Assembly: GCA_963817955.1 (NCBI GenBank)
Contig: CAWFQK010000004.1
Coordinates: 1 to 64,000, forward strand
Direction of reading: 5' to 3'
Origin: an uncultured Gemmatimonadaceae bacterium
GTDB lineage: Bacteria; Gemmatimonadota; Gemmatimonadetes; Gemmatimonadales; Gemmatimonadaceae
Length of the DNA: 64,000 bases
Shown here piece by piece: positions 62,572 to 64,000 of this stretch. The notes under the pieces were generated by a model. The model did not search any database, had not been told where the DNA came from, and was given only the letters and a program-made list of their open reading frames with translations. Each line of letters opens with the position of its first letter. Positions within the stretch are counted from its first letter, which is position 1. The position numbers were made by a program, and so were the translations under genes.

Positions 62572-63032
62572 TGCCGCACGCTCCAATCATCCCGCCATTG
62601 GCCAGCCAAGGCCGTCTCGCCTGCGACGAATCCGAGCTCAAAGCCTGGGGCGAGCAATTCGGGCATATCGCCTTGCCGCCGCTCGTCGTGACGATCAGCG
62701 GTGAGCTCGGGGCCGGCAAGACGACGCTCGTCAAGGCGATCTGCCGCGGCTACGGCGTCACCGACGACGTCACGAGTCCGACCTACGCGCTCGTGCATCA
62801 GTACCACTCCCCGCGTTCGGCGGTCTATCATCTCGATCTGTATCGCCTCGCAAACATGGCGGAGTTGACGAACCTGGCTTGGGATGAGATCCTCGCGGAG
62901 GAGGCGCTGGTGCTCATCGAGTGGCCGGAGCGGGCGGGGGATCGCATTCCCCGCGTGCACGTGCCGATCAGCCTGCAGCATCTGCCCAACGACCCCGCGC
63001 GACGTCTGCTCTACGCAGGGGGGCATGTATGA
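62571..63032 (+). CDS. tsaE: tRNA t6A biosynthesis ATPase
   Basis: GELGAGKTT, VTSPTY, HLDLYRL, IEWPER. Confidence 0.95.
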   Translation: MPHAPIIPPLASQGRLACDESELKAWGEQFGHIALPPLVVTISGELGAGKTTLVKAICRGYGVTDDVTSPTYALVHQYHSPRSAVYHLDLYRLANMAELTNLAWDEILAEEALVLIEWPERAGDRIPRVHVPISLQHLPNDPARRLLYAGGHV

Positions 63033-63688
63033 TCACGCTGGCACTGGACGCGTCTACGTACGCGGGAGACGTCGCGGTGCTGGACGGGACGCGCGTGCTG
63101 GCGGAGGAGGGGGTGGCGATGAAGGGCGCCGAACACGAGCGACTGATGCCGGCGGCCGCCGACTGTCTTCGCCGCGCAGGCGTCGCGATTGGCGATGTAC
63201 AGCGCGTCGTTTGCGGAGCGGGGCCTGGGAGCTTTACGAGCCTTCGCATTGCCAGCGCGATCGCCAAGGGGATCGCAACCGGTGTTGGGTGCCCGTTGTA
63301 CGCGGTGCCCTCCCTGGCGCTGGTGATCGGCGGAGCGGATCTCCCGCTTGGCCGGTATCTCGCGGCGCTCGACGCCCTTCGTGGGGAGCTCTATGTCGGA
63401 TTGCTCGACCTGACGTTGGACAGCGTTGTGGAGGTGGAACGTGCGCGCCTGATCCTGGCCGCGTCGGTGACCGGCGTGGCCGAGGAATACGGCGCGATGA
63501 TTGTCAGTCCGGCGCCGATCGACGGCGGAATCATGGCCGGGCCGCGGGCGCGGGCGGTCACGAAGCTCGAGGCGTTGCTTGCCGAGCGCGGCCCAGTAGA
63601 CCTGGGGACCTGGGAGCCGTCCTACGGCCGGCTCGCCGAGGCGCAGGTGCGATGGGAGTCGGCCCACGGTCGGCCGTTGCCCGCCTGA
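63029..63688 (+). CDS. tsaB: tRNA t6A biosynthesis protein TsaB
   Basis: LALDAST, HERLMP, GPGSFTSLRI, P.Y.R..EA. Confidence 0.93.
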   Translation: MITLALDASTYAGDVAVLDGTRVLAEEGVAMKGAEHERLMPAAADCLRRAGVAIGDVQRVVCGAGPGSFTSLRIASAIAKGIATGVGCPLYAVPSLALVIGGADLPLGRYLAALDALRGELYVGLLDLTLDSVVEVERARLILAASVTGVAEEYGAMIVSPAPIDGGIMAGPRARAVTKLEALLAERGPVDLGTWEPSYGRLAEAQVRWESAHGRPLPA

Positions 63689-64000
63689 TGAGTGTCTGCA
63701 TAACTGCCGCGACCGAGGCTGATCTGGCGGCGATCGCGGCGATCGAGCGGGCGGTATTCAGTGATCCGTGGTCGATCCAGTCCTTTCGTGACGCGCGATC
63801 GCACCCGGCGGTGTTCTTTGCCTGTGCGCGCAGTGACGACGACTGCGTGCTGGGTTATGTTGTGGCCTGGTTTGCTGCCGACGAGGGGGAGATCGCCAAC
63901 CTCGCCGTGGCACCCAGCGAGTGGGGCACTGGGCTCGGACAGGCGTTGCTCGACGCGACGCTTGGTCTGGCGATCGAACGAGGGGTGGCGGTGGTGTATC
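63688..64000 (+). CDS. rimI: Ribosomal-protein N-acetyltransferase (3' truncated by window)
   Basis: MSVCIT..IERAVFSDPWS..GYVVAW..DEGEIANLAVAP..G.GLG; follows tsaB by TGATG. Confidence 0.88.
   Translation, partial: MSVCITAATEADLAAIAAIERAVFSDPWSIQSFRDARSHPAVFFACARSDDDCVLGYVVAWFAADEGEIANLAVAPSEWGTGLGQALLDATLGLAIERGVAVVY

Overview
High-GC bacterial chromosomal segment. Gene content and protein style suggest Gemmatimonadota; this is an inference, as no search was run. The window is almost all core and metabolic genes, with no integrase, transposase, prophage or CRISPR-cas seen. In order: truncated membrane pyrophosphatase; two amino-acid transporters; a Tat-exported IorAB-type molybdo-oxidoreductase; a PTS-independent amino-sugar/peptidoglycan-salvage cluster (BadF-type kinase, two SSS symporters, NagB-PIG-L fusion, IscA, AmiE-like hydrolase, NamZ); CDP-alcohol phosphatidyltransferase plus ino1; a 2-oxoacid dehydrogenase E1a/E1b/E2; PHP, SDR, trxB, MBL, aspartase/fumarase and an Rrf2 regulator; a ~1-kb repeat-rich spacer (14 x 21-bp array, nested inverted repeats, REP-like unit) next to tRNA-Leu(CAG); smpB, amidase, pyrD, pyrF; a stand-alone alpha operon (rpmJ-rpsMKD-rpoA-rplQ) plus rpmB; a nucleotide-sugar operon with carB embedded; bamD, nadD, secA, radC, rel; an orphan 693-aa membrane protein; uvrB, tsaE, tsaB, rimI. 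Many essential genes at 19.9-21.9, 28.3-28.5 and 37.6-56.3 kb carry small indels best explained as sequencing error, so coordinates there are approximate. Best leads: the cell-wall salvage cluster, the 30.3-31.3 kb repeat complex, the structured rpsD-rpoA spacer, the inositol-lipid gene pair and the carB-containing sugar operon.
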